DNA of 64,000 nucleotides, from positions 32,001-96,000 of IMG/VR virus record IMGVR_UViG_3300010396_000002. One strand, written 5' to 3'. Under the pieces are notes generated by a model, which saw nothing but the letters and a program-made list of their open reading frames with translations, was not told the DNA's origin and did not search any database. The position numbers and the translations under genes are program-made. Shown piece by piece: positions 63,769-64,000 of this stretch (position 1 is the stretch's first letter; each line of letters opens with the position of its first letter). Origin of the DNA: a virus.

Positions 63769-64000
63769 ATGCGAACCGTCTTCAATACGCCGTTCCCATC
63801 ACCGACGACATCGAGATCGAGATGCACAAGGGGGCCACGCCGCTCTCCTTCCAGGAGCAGCACGGGGCCGCATGTGTCTGGGCCCTCGTCGATACGGAAG
63901 CTCCGAAGACGATGCGCCGCTTCCGGCTCGCCGGCACAGGGCATACGCTCGACGCCGACGACGGCACGTACGTTGGGACCGCGCAGTTCCGCGGCGGCTC
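63769..64000 (+). pseudogene. Small phage protein (DUF7352-like), apparent 1-nt deletion near 63784; runs off the window
   Basis: GGAGGT RBS; MRTVF, then AA, then in another frame YAVPITDDIEIEMHKGATPLSFQEQHGAACVWALVD...RRFRLAGTGH...YVGTAQ. Confidence 0.6.

Noticed and set aside
1-64000. Reverse transcriptase/DGR/retron, integrase, transposase, rRNA/tRNA genes
   Set aside because: No supporting motifs recognised by eye; a tRNAscan/HMM search would be needed to exclude them formally.

Overview
High-GC (roughly 70% by eye) segment of a tailed dsDNA phage or prophage genome. The host is inferred to be a myxobacterium-like organism, based on sigma-54-type promoters and a stand-alone CheY-like receiver. 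Recognisable genes: terminase large subunit; GIY-YIG, HNH and PD-(D/E)xK nucleases; an SLT/lysozyme-like secreted protein; three ParB-like proteins; a PAPS-reductase-like protein; ASCH, DUF5131, YkgJ, J-domain, SLOG and MazG-like proteins; a replication module (initiator, primase, DnaB); several ribbon-helix-helix regulators; and a PHAX-type RNA-binding protein. These sit among about 100 small hypothetical genes. No capsid, portal, tail or integrase gene was recognised. The most striking signal is non-coding. At 59.0-64.0 kb a sigma-54-like promoter is followed by about 850 nt of dense, GNRA-capped RNA structure. After it comes an array of unrelated small genes, each unit preceded by a ~40-nt covarying hairpin (8 copies, invariant 13-nt GCGCA arm and a single bulged G) that lies between the upstream stop codon and the next ribosome-binding site. 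Other signals: 19 copies of a TGTCAYACA box mostly phased at 22-23 bp, a family of apparent leaderless promoters, two more candidate structured RNAs, and three point lesions in otherwise intact genes. All protein calls come from motif recognition by eye, not from database searches.
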